Made by a program: the position numbers and the translations under genes. From the NCBI GenBank assembly GCA_964016885.1, contig OZ024740.1, positions 229,400,001 through 229,464,000 on the forward strand: DNA of 64,000 nt, given 5' to 3'. The stretch's first letter is position 1; every line of letters starts with the position of its first letter. Under the pieces are notes generated by a model. It did no database searches. It saw only the letters and a list, made by a program, of their open reading frames with translations, and had not been told where the DNA came from. Below are positions 1-13,263 of the stretch, one piece after another. The DNA is from Eledone cirrhosa. Taxonomy: Eukaryota.

Positions 1-1206
1 ATAGATAGATATATAGAAGTTATATAAATAGATAGATCGAAAGACAGATAGATAAACAATCTACAGCCAGAACGAGAGCACATTTTAACAACATATATTA
101 CATTCATGATGTAATATATGCCAAGGCTACGCCCAACGTCGCCTGTTCTTACCACAGGCTCTCGCACAAATGTAACCAATGTCATACATAAGCCATCATA
201 TATGAATTTCCTTGTTCATACAACAGTTACCAACGTTAAAACATAGCCTACATATTGAAACCTGTACGAATCTCAGTAGACGTCTTACAGTACATCTCTG
301 GGGCATTGTCAGCACATTTTTCAAATACTCAAAATTTTACATAGGAAAACTCAAGAAAATATATATATAAACAAACGAAAGGTTTCTAAACCGCCTTTAG
401 CATTGTTTTAGTGTGTCGTCGATCATCTGTATGTGTGTCATGAAATTAACTTAAACCCGATCAATTTTTGCAAATATTTAGCTGTAAAGTACGAGGGTCA
501 ACTGAACTCTGTATATAACTAGACACGTGATTGGTGACACGTGATTTGATATTTGATTGTTTATTTATTAATTTAGTTAATATTTTGTTGTTAACAAAAC
601 TTAATTTGTCATGAAAAAGTTTATTCGTGAAAAAGTATGTCACCATTGCGAAAATTCTTGAAAGCTCTGTTATAATTCTTCAGAAAAATATCAGAAAACG
701 TTAACACCGGAAGACTGAAAAAAGCTATCTTGACTCAGAATCGTAACAAGAGAGAAAGCACGGGAGCGGTGATCCCGGGAGCTGGTGCGAAAGTGATCAA
801 AAGGTTCACTTCCCTATGATGCTTGTTAAACAATGTGAAGGTACCTATCAAAAGTGTTTTTACTCTTGGGTACTGAGGTCCCTTGCTTTACCATGGTTTT
901 GATTAAAGAATAACAAATACTATTTTCAGTAAATATCGCCAACTAATGTACGATCTATATTTACGGAGAGATTACTTTAGCGGTGAAAACTATGCTTCGC
1001 TGATGAGATCAGAATCAAACAAAAACATATCCGTAATTGTCTCCCTTGTGGTAATACATGGAAAATATGATTCGTCATTGGTTAATATTGTATTTTTCCT
1101 CGGCGCTGACAAGGAAAAAACTACCAGCACGAAATACATGCAGAATATTTAGGATAAAGGTGTTTATACTAAAAAAAACACACTATTCTAAAAAAAAGAC
1201 TGATAT

Positions 1207-1388
1207 CTGTCTCGAGCCCAGAGGCTCATCAGGCCAATGCTGACCCCGGTTTCCGTAGCATCAAGCGATTGGGAGTACAAGTTCCCCCACCACCACACCC
1301 TAGACAAGCCGCTAGCCGATCGCAGGTTTAAACCCTCAGCTATTGCTTGATACTCATTTCAGCTGAGAATATTGAATCAAGCAACGAA
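1207..1388 (-). mobile_element. degenerate tRNA-derived SINE, second family (Meta/V-SINE-like core)
   Basis: ccggtttccgtagcatcaagcgattgggagtac...gatcgcaggtt...gatactcattt aligns by eye with 16688-16955; family name from recall only. Confidence 0.5.
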
Positions 1389-2874
1389 AGAAAGGGAGAA
1401 GGGAAGGGACAGATACTACACCTCAGTCTGAGCGGACAAAATGGCAAAGGCTGGTCATTCCACAGGGAATAATCAGCGATTCCCGCTGCAACCACTGTAT
1501 AGTTTATACATAACATTAAGGCATGTTATAAACCTTTGTGCCATCAGTATCTCTTAGTTTTTAGGCCCAAATATCTGTGTAACAGTCAACCAGCCTGGTA
1601 CACTGAGTTCAGTAGCCTTGTTTGTCGGTGACTTTCCATTTTGCAGTTTATCACCAAAAGTCTGGAGTGTTCTACTTGCGATATTATATTTTTAAGGTTC
1701 GATTCCTGATCCGAGACTAGCATTGTGTTTTTGAGCAAGTCATTTCATTTCGTTCCACACAGCTTTCCAAAAAAGGACTGGGTCCCCTATTATTAAACCA
1801 ACAAGGAAACCTCATATGGGCTGCAAGCTCGTAAGATAAACCTAAATAGATGTAAGCTGTCACGTTAACCTTTTAAACTTTATATGATTTGGGAGATGAG
1901 TTTACATAATACTGAATACATTGTCTCATTGTTTTTCTGTTCATTTATATCCCAGATTTATTCCACTTGTACTTTACTTGTACTTGAGGCGGCGTTTATC
2001 CGGGGTGGGTTGAACTGGCTCCATCGAAAGAATTCACGGGCGATTGGTTCCACAAGCAGTGCCCAGCCGGAAGTATATGTACTTTAGGATAGTGCAATCC
2101 AAGCATTGCATCGGTTATAGTACCGAGTTCTCACACTCAACCCAATTTGGTGGAGCCAGTGCATCGACGGGGACACATGGGAGGGAGTTTGGCTGGCAGA
2201 GGTAATAAATACAACCTATGTGAGCCAGGAACCCACCCCCCTGCCCAACTCAGGCATACCGACTCTCGACACCAATTTATTCCATCCACAAGAATGACTT
2301 CAGATCATACAGAGAAACATTAACAATCTTGATGTATGTCGTTTCATGCTGCGATGTTATAGTTTGTGCTTTTAATACAAACTTACGCTTGATAGTCATG
2401 TAATTTCTTACGATAGCCACACTTTTCATTTACCGTTCATTGTTCGTGTTTAAGGACAATCAATGCTAATACATCTTGGTTAGTTTATCATCATGTCGCA
2501 GCTGGTGGCTTGTGAATTCATTATTAAATTTGCATCTGATGATAGCATCCACTTGTCCGACATTTTTCCGCAGTCTGCCAATTTTCATTTGAACAGATAA
2601 GATCCATTTCGGTTGAATTTTCGTTTCGATCGATCTCTGTTCTTCCCATATGTTGGTAAATGGTTACTGTAATACAATATTGTAGTAGACTTCATGTCCA
2701 AAATCTGCGAGCCTCAATTTCTTTTCTATGTTCAACACGATCAATCATGTTTAAAATCGAGTCAATAGTTTGCCTGGTAACTTGTATCGTAATCTTTCTT
2801 TCTTTCTTTTAATATTTTGTTGATGAAAATAATGAAGTTTGCTTAAACTTTGTTGCTATGAGCTTTGTTTAAGT

Positions 2875-3269
2875 TGCTCTCGGGTCCCAAACAATGGGGG
2901 AGGAGGGAGAATAAATAAGGGAGTTGGAATAGTGGGGCGGGGAGGGGGTAATGTTTCTAGGTTCTCTCCGCTTATTAATAAAATAAGAACCAGAATTAGT
3001 CGTTTAGTTTACATATTGAGACCCCAACTTAACCTATTTATTTTATAACATATGGAATTTCTTGTAATGTGCGTTTTTGGCATGTATAATGTTTTTTTTA
3101 TGTTTAAAGAAAATTAATTGTCGCAGAAATGTTACCACTTAAAATAAGATTTTGCCGCAGATAGATTAGCAAAATTTGATAAGTGGTGGTGGTGGTGGTG
3201 GTGGTGGAAGGAGGAGACTAAAAAATTAATAAGCGGAAGGCGGGGACAATTATTCGAGACCCGAGAATA
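2875..3269. mobile_element. MITE with ~21-bp imperfect TIRs (Tc1/mariner-like)
   Basis: left tgctctcgggtcccaaacaat vs reverse complement of right end tattctcgggtctcgaataat; TA-like termini; no ORF. Confidence 0.55.
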
Positions 3270-4133
3270 TTTTTAGTCTACACTAGTTTCTGTTGATTAC
3301 TAAACGTATTTATGTAATGGCAGCAGTTCTATCTATCTTAGTATTATTTTTGTGTTGTTGTTTTTTTATTCGGTCGTGGTTCGTATTTTTAGCGAGCTGT
3401 TTGTTATTTTTATTCGTTGTGCCATGATGGATGATTTTGCTGGGTAGATCCGCATATTTAATCTCAGTGAACATATGACTTCCTGGTGCAGATGCTATCT
3501 TCGTAGTGAAATTGGAGTAGATCGGATATTAGACATCCTGGTAGGTTCTCCTTCTTCACATTGTAACCAATCGAGATATCGTCTTCATATAAGACTTGCC
3601 TCAATTTAAAATTCCACTAGGATTTCAACAGTTCCGTGATGTACCATATCTGATTCCGGTTGATTGTCTTACCATGGTGAATATATTGAAGAATTCCACT
3701 TGTTTACCAGGTTATTTTCTTAGTTGATCTTTTCTCAAATATATATATATGGCATCTTTTAACTCTAAACATAAATTTAAAGTTTCTAATTGTTAATCGT
3801 AATTTCTGACCATACAGTATACTGTGCTGACGCCATATATATAGCTTTGTTAAAGATATATGTTTGTTTGTAATAATATTTTTCGCGGCACTTTCTAGCA
3901 CACCTGACCAGCTTGAATGTAACCTGATCTCACCGCTGGCCTCTGTCTATGACAGGGTGGTAGTAGTACACTATAAGCCTACGCGCCTTTACCACAAGGA
4001 CATAAGAAGACTTAATAATCATCACTTGAGGGCGGCTGACCGGGCTAGAAGCTGCTAAATGTTAGGCCACCCTCATGTCTCTGCTTTTCAGCCCCATGGA
4101 TTTTATCTATTATATTCCTTTGTTATATTTCGA

Positions 4134-4191
4134 ATACCTGATGATGTCACCGGATTCATACTGAAGCCGGTCACTGAAATGATCATAGTAT
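4134..4191 (+). ncRNA. type I hammerhead ribozyme motif
   Basis: atac CTGATGA tgtcaccgg..ccggtcact GAAA t-gatc-a TA gtat; helix I atac/gtat; palindromic loop III GATC; AUA triplet. Confidence 0.7.
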
Positions 4192-4321
4192 AATAAACCT
4201 TTAAAGAATTACACCAGTCCAGCCTCTTGTTATTTTATAATAATTAACTCCGTACTCGCACCACCAACAACACAAACGAAGACGGGTGAGTTGCATTACG
4301 TCGAGTGCTCTCCATAATATT

Positions 4322-5885
4322 ACATCTCTTGCCCTCTCGTGTCGAATGGGCAGGCTGCATCCACAATCAGGCACGATCTTTTTCCCTTGTCCAAAACCAC
4401 CAGGTCAGGTCTATTGTGTTCCAGTTTCTTGTCCGTCTGTATCCTAAAATCCCACAGCACCTTCACCTGATCGTTTTCCATCACCGACTCTGTCTTATGC
4501 TCATACCACTTCTCAGAATGTGGTAAATTGTTTACTTTGCATAGGTGCTAGTGGATCACCCTGCCCATCAATTCATGTCTCCAGCCTTTATAGTGAGTCT
4601 GGGCTAGGTGTTTACACTCGGATACAATGTAAGCCACAGTCTCCTCTCTCTCTCCACAGATCCTACACAGTGGGCTAGCCTCCTCCTTGTAAATATGGTG
4701 TTTCAGCCTCTTCGCTTTGAGAGCCTGCTCTTGCGTAGCCATTAGCATTCCTTCTGTAGCCTTTTTAAGGTCTCCTCTTTTCAACCAGTTCCATGTCTGT
4801 GGATCTCTAAATTCAGTTTTCTCAAAGAAGGCACTATGAAGGGATTTTTCATGAAGGTTGCTCTTTCTCCTTGTTGTTATTTCCTCCTTGGACATCCCCT
4901 GGTCTATTGTCCTCTCCTTCAGTACAATTCTGAGCATTGGCTCCCTACTATCAGTCACGTATTTGTGTAGGTTGTTTTTCTGCATCTGAACACAGTCCTC
5001 TATGCTGATAAGACCTCTTCCACATTCAGATCTCCTTAAGTAGAGTCTATCGACATCACTTCTCTTGTGGAGAATGTTGTAGATAGTCAATAGCTTCCTA
5101 GTCTTCCTATCCATTTCTTTTTGTTCAGCAACATTCCATCTCAGAATTCCCGCACTGTACCTAATAATAGACACAGCTCGGGAATTTACTGCACTTATGG
5201 CATTCCTACTGTTCAGATGTGACTTTAATACGCTCCTTACTCTCCAAATGTATTCAGATCTTATCAATTCCTTCATTTTTTTCTTCTTGATGTCATCAGC
5301 CTCCAGAACACCTAAATATTTGTATCCTTCTTCAGTGTCAATTTCCTTTATCATCTCACCTATTGGTACCTGGATTCCGTTACTTCTGCTCAATTTACCA
5401 CTCTTCATCACAAGGACTCCACACTTACTAATACCAAATTGCATACATATATCATTGCTGAAAATACGGACAGTGTCAACAAGCACATCCAACTCCTTCT
5501 CACTCTTCCTGAAGAGCTTAAGATCGTCCATGAAGAGGAGGTGATTGATGGTAAGCTCTCCCTTTCCCAACTTGTATCCTGCTGTCACTTTTCGCAGTAT
5601 AATGGTCAGGGGGATCAGGGCAAGGACAAACAACAGAGGGGACAAACTATCTCTCTGGAAGATACCTTTCTTGATCCTCACGCCTCCCAAGGATTCTCCG
5701 CCCGATGTTAACTCTGTTTTCCAGGACTTCATACTTTTGCTCAACAACTGTCTGATGTTATCTGCCACCCTAAAGATCTCTAGGCTTTTGGTTATCCAAG
5801 AATGAGGTACCATGTCGAATGCCTTTTTGTAGTCTATCCATCCCATGGCAAGACCAGTGTGTCTCCTCCTGCAATTCCTCATTAC
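4322..5885 (-). mobile_element. RLE-type non-LTR retrotransposon (R4/Dong-like), truncated at both ends and interrupted by a stop
   Basis: ORF 4548-5882 has WIDYKKAFDMVPH, GIFQRDSLSP, HLLFMDDLKL and CRICGEREETVAYIVSEC; the same frame beyond the stop gives LWDFRIQTD..NRPDLVVLDK..LIVDAACP (restriction-like endonuclease). Confidence 0.92.
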
Positions 5886-6221
5886 TATCTTATAAATAAA
5901 TTTGTCTCTCTTTCCTTGATCAATTCTCTTTTGCTCTCTATACCTCTACTAGCTATATTTTCCCTTCATCTGTTTTCTCTCTGTCTTTCTTTTTTTCTTT
6001 CCTCTTTCTTCAATAATTATTTGAATCTCTAACAGTTATGTAAATTACTGTTATGTATTTTTAAGCTTTCTTACACGCCCCCTCTGTATTATATGTATTA
6101 TATGTAAGTGTTTTCATGTCTCAATCTTAAGGTATATAAATATTGAGTTTTATCATATCTTACTCACTACCATGACTGGATCTTACCCATCTACTATGTC
6201 AGGGTATGTCATGCATCATCT

Positions 6222-6288
6222 TATTTTATCTGATGAGGACGTACTGTTGAAGTTAGCTCAGTACCTCTGAAATATGTATAATAAAATA
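6222..6288 (+). ncRNA. type I hammerhead ribozyme motif
   Basis: tattttat CTGATGA ggacgtactg..cagtacctct GAAA t-atgt-a TA ataaaata; 8-bp helix I; related to 18480 and 40030. Confidence 0.75.
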
Positions 6289-6444
6289 TACTTGATCACA
6301 AGAAGTTCTATTTTTGTTAATATTTTGAATTAATATTAATAACTCCGGAAAACACTTGTTGAGTGCTTCCAATCTATTGTAAAACTAATTGTTTGATTTA
6401 TTCATTGAACCTTGTTTAACCTTTAAATATGTATATATATATAT

Positions 6445-6515
<71 letters not shown>

Positions 6516-6693
6516 CAAAATAAGATGCTGAGGTTACATGTATCGTTTAATCATAATAATTATGAGAACGATTCCCTGTAACTTGGAGTTACTGTAGGTT
6601 CACCCGGGTGAGCACTCGATGTTTAAATTCACTTCATTGTCGAGATGTAGAACTAGACAGCGTGTATTATAGTGAAATATATAACCATTACAA

Positions 6694-6780
6694 GGGATCT
6701 GAAGAGCCGCGGATTACAGAGTCGGGTGAGATCGATACAGATCGAACCTTGAGCTGATCAGTGGCGAAACGCGCGTCACC
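6694..6780 (+). ncRNA. type I hammerhead ribozyme motif
   Basis: CTGAAGA gccgc..gtggc GAAA c-gcgc-g TC; palindromic loop GCGC; GUC triplet; helix I weak. Confidence 0.65.
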
Positions 6781-7064
6781 AACCAATAAACGTAATGAAG
6801 GAGTAAGCAATCGTCCTTGTTATTTTATTTCACTATATATATATACACACACATATATGTATATATTTATTAAAATAACAGATTAAAGTTTAAGCAAAGA
6901 ATCACTGCTTTCACCCTTAACGGGATCTTCTGAAACTCAATTTTAATAAATATTTGCTCTACGGTTTTATATATTTTATATATATATTATCCTTACCGAA
7001 CCCTCTTCAGATTTTAGTCTTCTCATTTATTATTATCACTCTCCCTCTCTCTCTCCCCCCGCTC

Positions 7065-7223
<159 letters not shown>

Positions 7224-7701
7224 TGCTGAAAATTGAAGTAAGTGACATTGTAAGTGACTTTTACTTTAAAACAATAGCGTAAGCTCTTCAAAATGCTTTT
7301 AATTAAGCATACAGTGTATTGCAAAATACACTATATATACATTCATATATATATCGCTATTTCAGAGCAACAATTCTAATTTTCAATTTTTGCTGGACCG
7401 GCAACCGCGCTGTATAATCAGTTCCTGATTATTACTAGGATTCTATAAGAATCCAACATTCATAATTTTTGGCAAACAGGGGGGGGTAGTGAGCTTTGAT
7501 AAGTACCAACAAGTACGAAACAGAGCTCTGTCAGCTTATCTCCCCTGTTTGCTGAAAATTGAAGTAAGTGACATTGTCGCTACTTTAAAACAATAGCGTA
7601 AGGTCTTCAAAATGCTTTTATTTAAGCATACAGTGTATTGTAAAATACACTATATATACATTAATATATATATATCGCTGTTTCAGAGCACCAATTCTAA
7701 T
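7224..7701 (+). mobile_element. retrozyme-like partial tandem element (~326-nt unit, ~1.5 copies)
   Basis: 7224-7380 is repeated at 7550-7701 with a hammerhead between the copies; flanked by (GA)n/(TA)n; no ORF. Confidence 0.7.
7472..7552 (+). ncRNA. hammerhead ribozyme, U3-A8 core variant
   Basis: tgagct TTGATAA gtac-caacaa-gtac GAAA cag-agct-ctg TC agctta; all three helices pair; helix I is extended by gcaaacagggg/cccctgtttgc. Confidence 0.85.
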
Positions 7702-8113
7702 ATATATAAGGGACGCTTTTTTGTATTTATCTATATATGACTATGATTAAAAAATATCAGGCTTGTATTATGATTAAAAAATATCAGGCTTGTATTATGA
7801 AAAAAATTATAGGGAAATTTATCATACGATATAATGGAGAGTCCTCTTTGTGAAAATGCCTGGATTCGACGCCATATTGTAGTATGTATGTATGCATGCA
7901 TGTATGTATGTATGTATGTATGTATGTATGTATGTATGTATGTATGTATGTATGTATGTATGTATGCATACATGTATGTATGTATGTATTTATGCATGTG
8001 TGTATGTATGTACGTAAGAATGTATGTATGTACGTAAGTACGTATGTATTATGAATATAGGTAAGTACGTATGTATGCATGCATGTATGTATATATGTAT
8101 GCATGTACTTACG

Positions 8114-8160
<47 letters not shown>

Positions 8161-8269
8161 GCTTGTCTATATGTATATATTTATGTCTCAGTTAAAAACA
8201 GGGTAACATTTCCAAACCACACCCAATCATGTGGGTTTATAAATAGCCCTGGTAAAATACTTGACGTTT

Positions 8270-8930
8270 TATTCCCCCCACCCACACACCCTTTCTGTGC
8301 TTCTCATATCCTCCACACCCCCTCTCCCTCGCCCTTTACCTTTCATACTCTCTCTCTCCCTCTCTCTCCTCTCTCTTCCTTTGCCTCACACACAGTCTCT
8401 CCTCCTCTCTCTCTTTCTCTGCCTCTCATACCCTTTCCCGCTCTCACTCTATCTCTCCCTTTGAATTTTATACTCTGTCTCCATCTCACCCTCTTTCTCT
8501 CTCTCTCTCTCACTCTCCCATTGCTTCTCATACGCCCTCTCTCTCTCTCTATTACTATCCCTCATTCTCCCTTTACCGCTCACACCTCTCTTCTCACTCA
8601 CTTTTCCTTTACCTCTCATACCTTCTATTCCTTTCTCTTCTTCATTCTTCCTTTGCTTCTCATACCCTCTCTTCCTCTCTCTCCTTTCACTCTTTCTTTG
8701 CCCCTTATATTCTCACCTCTCTCTCTCACTCTCCCATTGCGTCTCATACACCCTCTCTCTCCGTCACTCACCCTTTACCTTTCACGTCGTCGTCTCTCTC
8801 ACTCTCTCTCTTTAGCTCTCTCACTCTCATACTCTCTCTCTTTCTTTGTTCCTCATACACCCTCTCACTCTCGTACAATCACCCTCTGTCCTTCACTCTA
8901 TATTCCTGTCTCTCTCCCTCTCTCTCTCGT
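8270..8930. repeat. polypyrimidine (CT-rich) low-complexity tract
   Basis: degenerate (CT)n with almost no G on the + strand. Confidence 0.9.
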
Positions 8931-9057
8931 GTCTGTGTATATATAGATTTTTCCACCTAATGTATGTATATTTTGTGTATATACTTCAACACATGTGAAA
9001 CTTTATAGGCGCAGTTTGTGAGCAGTTTATTTATTTTGATTGCTATATCTTTCTGTT

Positions 9058-10860
9058 TTCACACACAAACACACAAACACACACACACACACACACCACA
9101 CACACGTGGACCAACACTTACACACACTCACACACAAACACACAAACACACACACACACACACACACCACACACACGTGGACCAACACTTACACACACTC
9201 ACACACGCAGACACAAACACACAAACACACACACACTTGGGCCAACACTTACACACACTCACACGCACAGACACACACACACCACACATATGGACCAAAA
9301 CTTACACACACTCACACACGCAGACACAAACACACAAACATACACACACGTGGACCAACACTTACACACACTCACACACACACCACACACATATGCACCA
9401 AAACTAACACACACTCACACACGCAGATACAAACACACAAACACACACACACGTGGACCAACACTTACACACACTCACAAACACACACACACACACACAC
9501 ACACACCACACACATATGGACCAAAAATTACACACACTCACACACACACACACAAACACACACACACGTGGACCAACACTTACACACACTCATACACACA
9601 CACACACACACACACCACACATATGGACCTAAACTTACACACACTCACACACGCAGACACAAACACACAAACACACATACACGTGGACCAACACTTACAC
9701 ACACTCACACACACACACACACCACACACATATGGACCAAAACTTACACACACTCACACCACACACATATGGACCAAAACTTACACACACTCACACACAC
9801 ACACACACCACACACATATGGACCAACACTTACACACACTCACACACGCAGACACAAACACACAAACACACACACACGTGGACCAACACTTACACACACT
9901 CACACAAACACAAACACACACCACACACATATGGACCAAAACTTACACACACATACCACACACACGTGGACGTACATTTACACACACTCACACACACACA
10001 CACTACACACATATGGACCAACACTTACACACACGCACACACAAACACAGACACACGTGGACCTACACTTACACACACTCTCACACATACACACACACAC
10101 AAACACACACTCACACATAAACACACAAACACACACATGCGGACCTACACTTACACACACTCACACACATACACACACACACAAACACACATACCACGCA
10201 CACGTGGACGTACAAACACTCACACACACACATACACATACCACACACACGTGGACGTACATTTACACACACTCACACACACACACACACATACCACACA
10301 CACGTGGACCTACACTTACACATACTCTCATACACACATACACATATATATATTAACACACACACACACAAACACACATACCACACACGCGCGATCGTAC
10401 ACTTACACACACACACATATATACATACACACAAACACATATACCACACACACGTAGACGTACACTTACACATACTCTCACACACACATACACACAAACA
10501 CACATACCACAAACACACACATTTACACACATACACACACACACACAAACACACACACACTTATATATATATATATATATACACAAACACACATACGATA
10601 CACACATGGACCTACATTTATACATATCCACAAACACACATATACCTTTACACAAACACACTCACCACACACATGCTGGCGTACAGTTACATATATTCAC
10701 ACAGACACTCACACACAAACACAGACCACATAAAGGCAGAGGTACACTTACATATACTCACACACACACACACAAACATACATATAACATACATGCGGAC
10801 ATACACAAACATATACTCACACACTCACACACACACATACATGTGTGCGCAGACATATAC
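9058..10860. repeat. (CA)n-based cryptic minisatellite
   Basis: recurrent gtggaccaacactt / atggaccaaaactt / gtggacctacactt motifs every ~35-65 bp within CA runs. Confidence 0.9.
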
Positions 10861-11013
10861 ACAGCAACTGAGACACACGTGCAAAAATCATATAACCATG
10901 TGTGTTAAGGATAAGTGTGTATGAATGTGTAGTGTGTATGCATGTGTGTGAGTGTTTGGCGTGATGTATGTCAGTTTGTACAAATATACGTAAATATGTT
11001 TGTGTATGTGCGC

Positions 11014-11095
<82 letters not shown>

Positions 11096-11170
11096 CCCAC
11101 TCTACTACCCTAAGTATTGAGTACTTTGGTGCGTTATGGTCCACCTGGTTCCTTACCACATTTCCTTCGT

Positions 11171-11230
<60 letters not shown>

Positions 11231-11236
<6 letters not shown>

Positions 11237-11718
11237 AGTATGTATGTATACGTACATACATATATGTATACAGACGTACAGTAGCATGTATATATATATA
11301 TACATATATACATACAGGTACACATACATATATGTACGTATCAGTTTAGCGGACGCTTATTATAACGCCCGCTTTGTTCGTTAATTTTCATAAGGAAAGT
11401 ATATACTTTCGAACGTTCAACCATCTGGCAGAAGGGTATACGGTGCTGATGATAGCTAACAAGCTTGAAACTAGTACATCGTTCCTGTGTCAGTGTTGAA
11501 CAAAAAGGTGACGTGGTTGCCTTAACACCGTATGGCATAAATTCAGGCTGTTCAGTTTGTTTACAAACGAACAAAGCGGGCGTTATAATAAGCGTCCGCT
11601 AAACTGATACGTACATATATGTATGTGTACCTGTATGTATATATGTATATATATATATATGCATGCTACTGTACGTCTGTATACATATATGTATGTACGT
11701 ATACATACATACTTACAT
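11231..11718. repeat. fold-back element with ~150-bp near-perfect inverted arms
   Basis: 11231-11382 is the reverse complement of 11566-11718; the loop contains a hammerhead. Confidence 0.9.
11441..11481 (+). ncRNA. minimal type I hammerhead ribozyme
   Basis: cggtg CTGATGA t agc-taacaa-gct t GAAA ctag TA catcg; 5-bp helix I; palindromic CTAG in place of helix III. Confidence 0.75.
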
Positions 11719-11896
11719 TTAAGTAAGTGCCGTACTAAGAGTGAGAAATGAAATTTCGTTTTCATTTTATTACAACTTATATATATATATATATATATAT
11801 AAAGGTAGAACACTGGAAGGTAATATCCGTAGTGGTAGAGCACTCAGTCCATGGGACGAGTTAGGTAGAAGTAGTATCACAACAGTTAATTCACCA

Positions 11897-11939
11897 TACC
11901 GAGAACAATTGTTTCACCTTAGCGGATCCTCAGTTCGTA
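11897..11939 (-). ncRNA. hammerhead-like motif
   Basis: minus strand tacgaa CTGAGGA t cc-gctaa-gg t GAAA c-aatt-g TT ctcggta; weak helices. Confidence 0.5.
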
Positions 11940-11997
11940 ATGGACATGGTTATACGGAACAGGAAGGACAACCTTCCTGTTCCGTATAACCATGTGC

Positions 11998-12136
<139 letters not shown>

Positions 12137-12422
12137 GAATGTTTTCATGAAATAGTCTTACGACAATACAGAGCATTTGAAGTTTTTCCAAATTGAAGGA
12201 TAGGTATCTTGAACTTTATTTTATCATGAGTTAAGGCTCTATTGATTTTTCCCTGGATTTCAATAAATTCTGTGGATGAATTTATATCCCGATTCTCTTT
12301 AAGATGAGTTTAAATTATTTTCCCACATCTTACGTTAACTATTTTTCCCATTTAGACGCTATAGTCACTTATATACTATGGAATGCTGTTCGCTTTTCGC
12401 TGCAGTATTTTCTATACCTTTC

Positions 12423-12482
<60 letters not shown>

Positions 12483-13263
12483 AATAAGGAACACACAGGA
12501 CTAAGACAATGAAAAAAAAAAACAACGGAATGATGGACAGTCTCAACTCTTCAGTCAACCTTTGGAAATCAGTACGTTTGATACGGTTTTAAGGTTGATA
12601 CCATTCATTCGAGTGCACATTGGGACGAAAAAAAAAAGGCAGAGGCAAGTTATACCTTTAGACAAATTACACAAATATAGAGTGTGTAAGGGCTTAGTGA
12701 AAGGAGAAAAATATAGAAAGGGGAGAAATAGTAAAACAGGAGAGAATAAGGAGTATTGTCCAACATATAGACAAAGAAGGACACTGGTACGTAGAAAAAG
12801 TAGGAAGGGGAAATAAGGGAAAACAGCCCGCGTGGTGTGATGTCTATTATATGACAGTTTCAAAAAATGAATAAGTCTTTAGAATATAAATTCAAGAAAG
12901 TCAATGGAAAAAAAACAACAACGGAAAAAGGGAGTTCCATTTCCTCAGTCAACCTACTGTTTCGGTAATAGGAAGGTAAAAACTCCAAGGTATAGAGTAA
13001 CTTAAGTTCGTAGGGCGAGTTTGAATATAATTATTCAGGCCAGATACGACAACGGTGCCATACCAGGTACGTATGTTTCATTGGTGCCAATGCATGTTAA
13101 TTTCTTTGTGTACATATCTGTTTAAATATGTGTATATGTGTTTTGTGTGTGTGCGTTTGTGTGTGTTGTGTGTGTGTGTGCGCGCATGTTTATTTATTTG
13201 CGCAGTGTTGAACGTGTGTGTCAAAATTATGTATGTATGTATGTATGTATGTATGTATGTATG

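Noticed and set aside
2300-3700. Possible decayed PLE N-terminal coding region on the minus strand
   Set aside because: Only vague compositional resemblance, many stops, and no diagnostic motif.
6870-6935. Hammerhead-like cagaaga-tccc..gggt-gaaa (also at 29215-29245)
   Set aside because: It has a U4A core change and no convincing helix I or III, so it is kept only as a repeat with a fold-back at 29152-29278.
9058-10400. CRISPR-like repeat-spacer appearance
   Set aside because: The spacers are CA runs rather than unique sequence, the context is eukaryotic, and there are no cas genes.
9018-10924. Long His/Thr-rich ORFs (up to 438 aa)
   Set aside because: These are translations of (CA)n repeats, open in several frames, with no domain content.
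12935-12970. gaaacagtaggttgactgagga on the minus strand as a permuted hammerhead
   Set aside because: No helix I hairpin can form between the two core halves.
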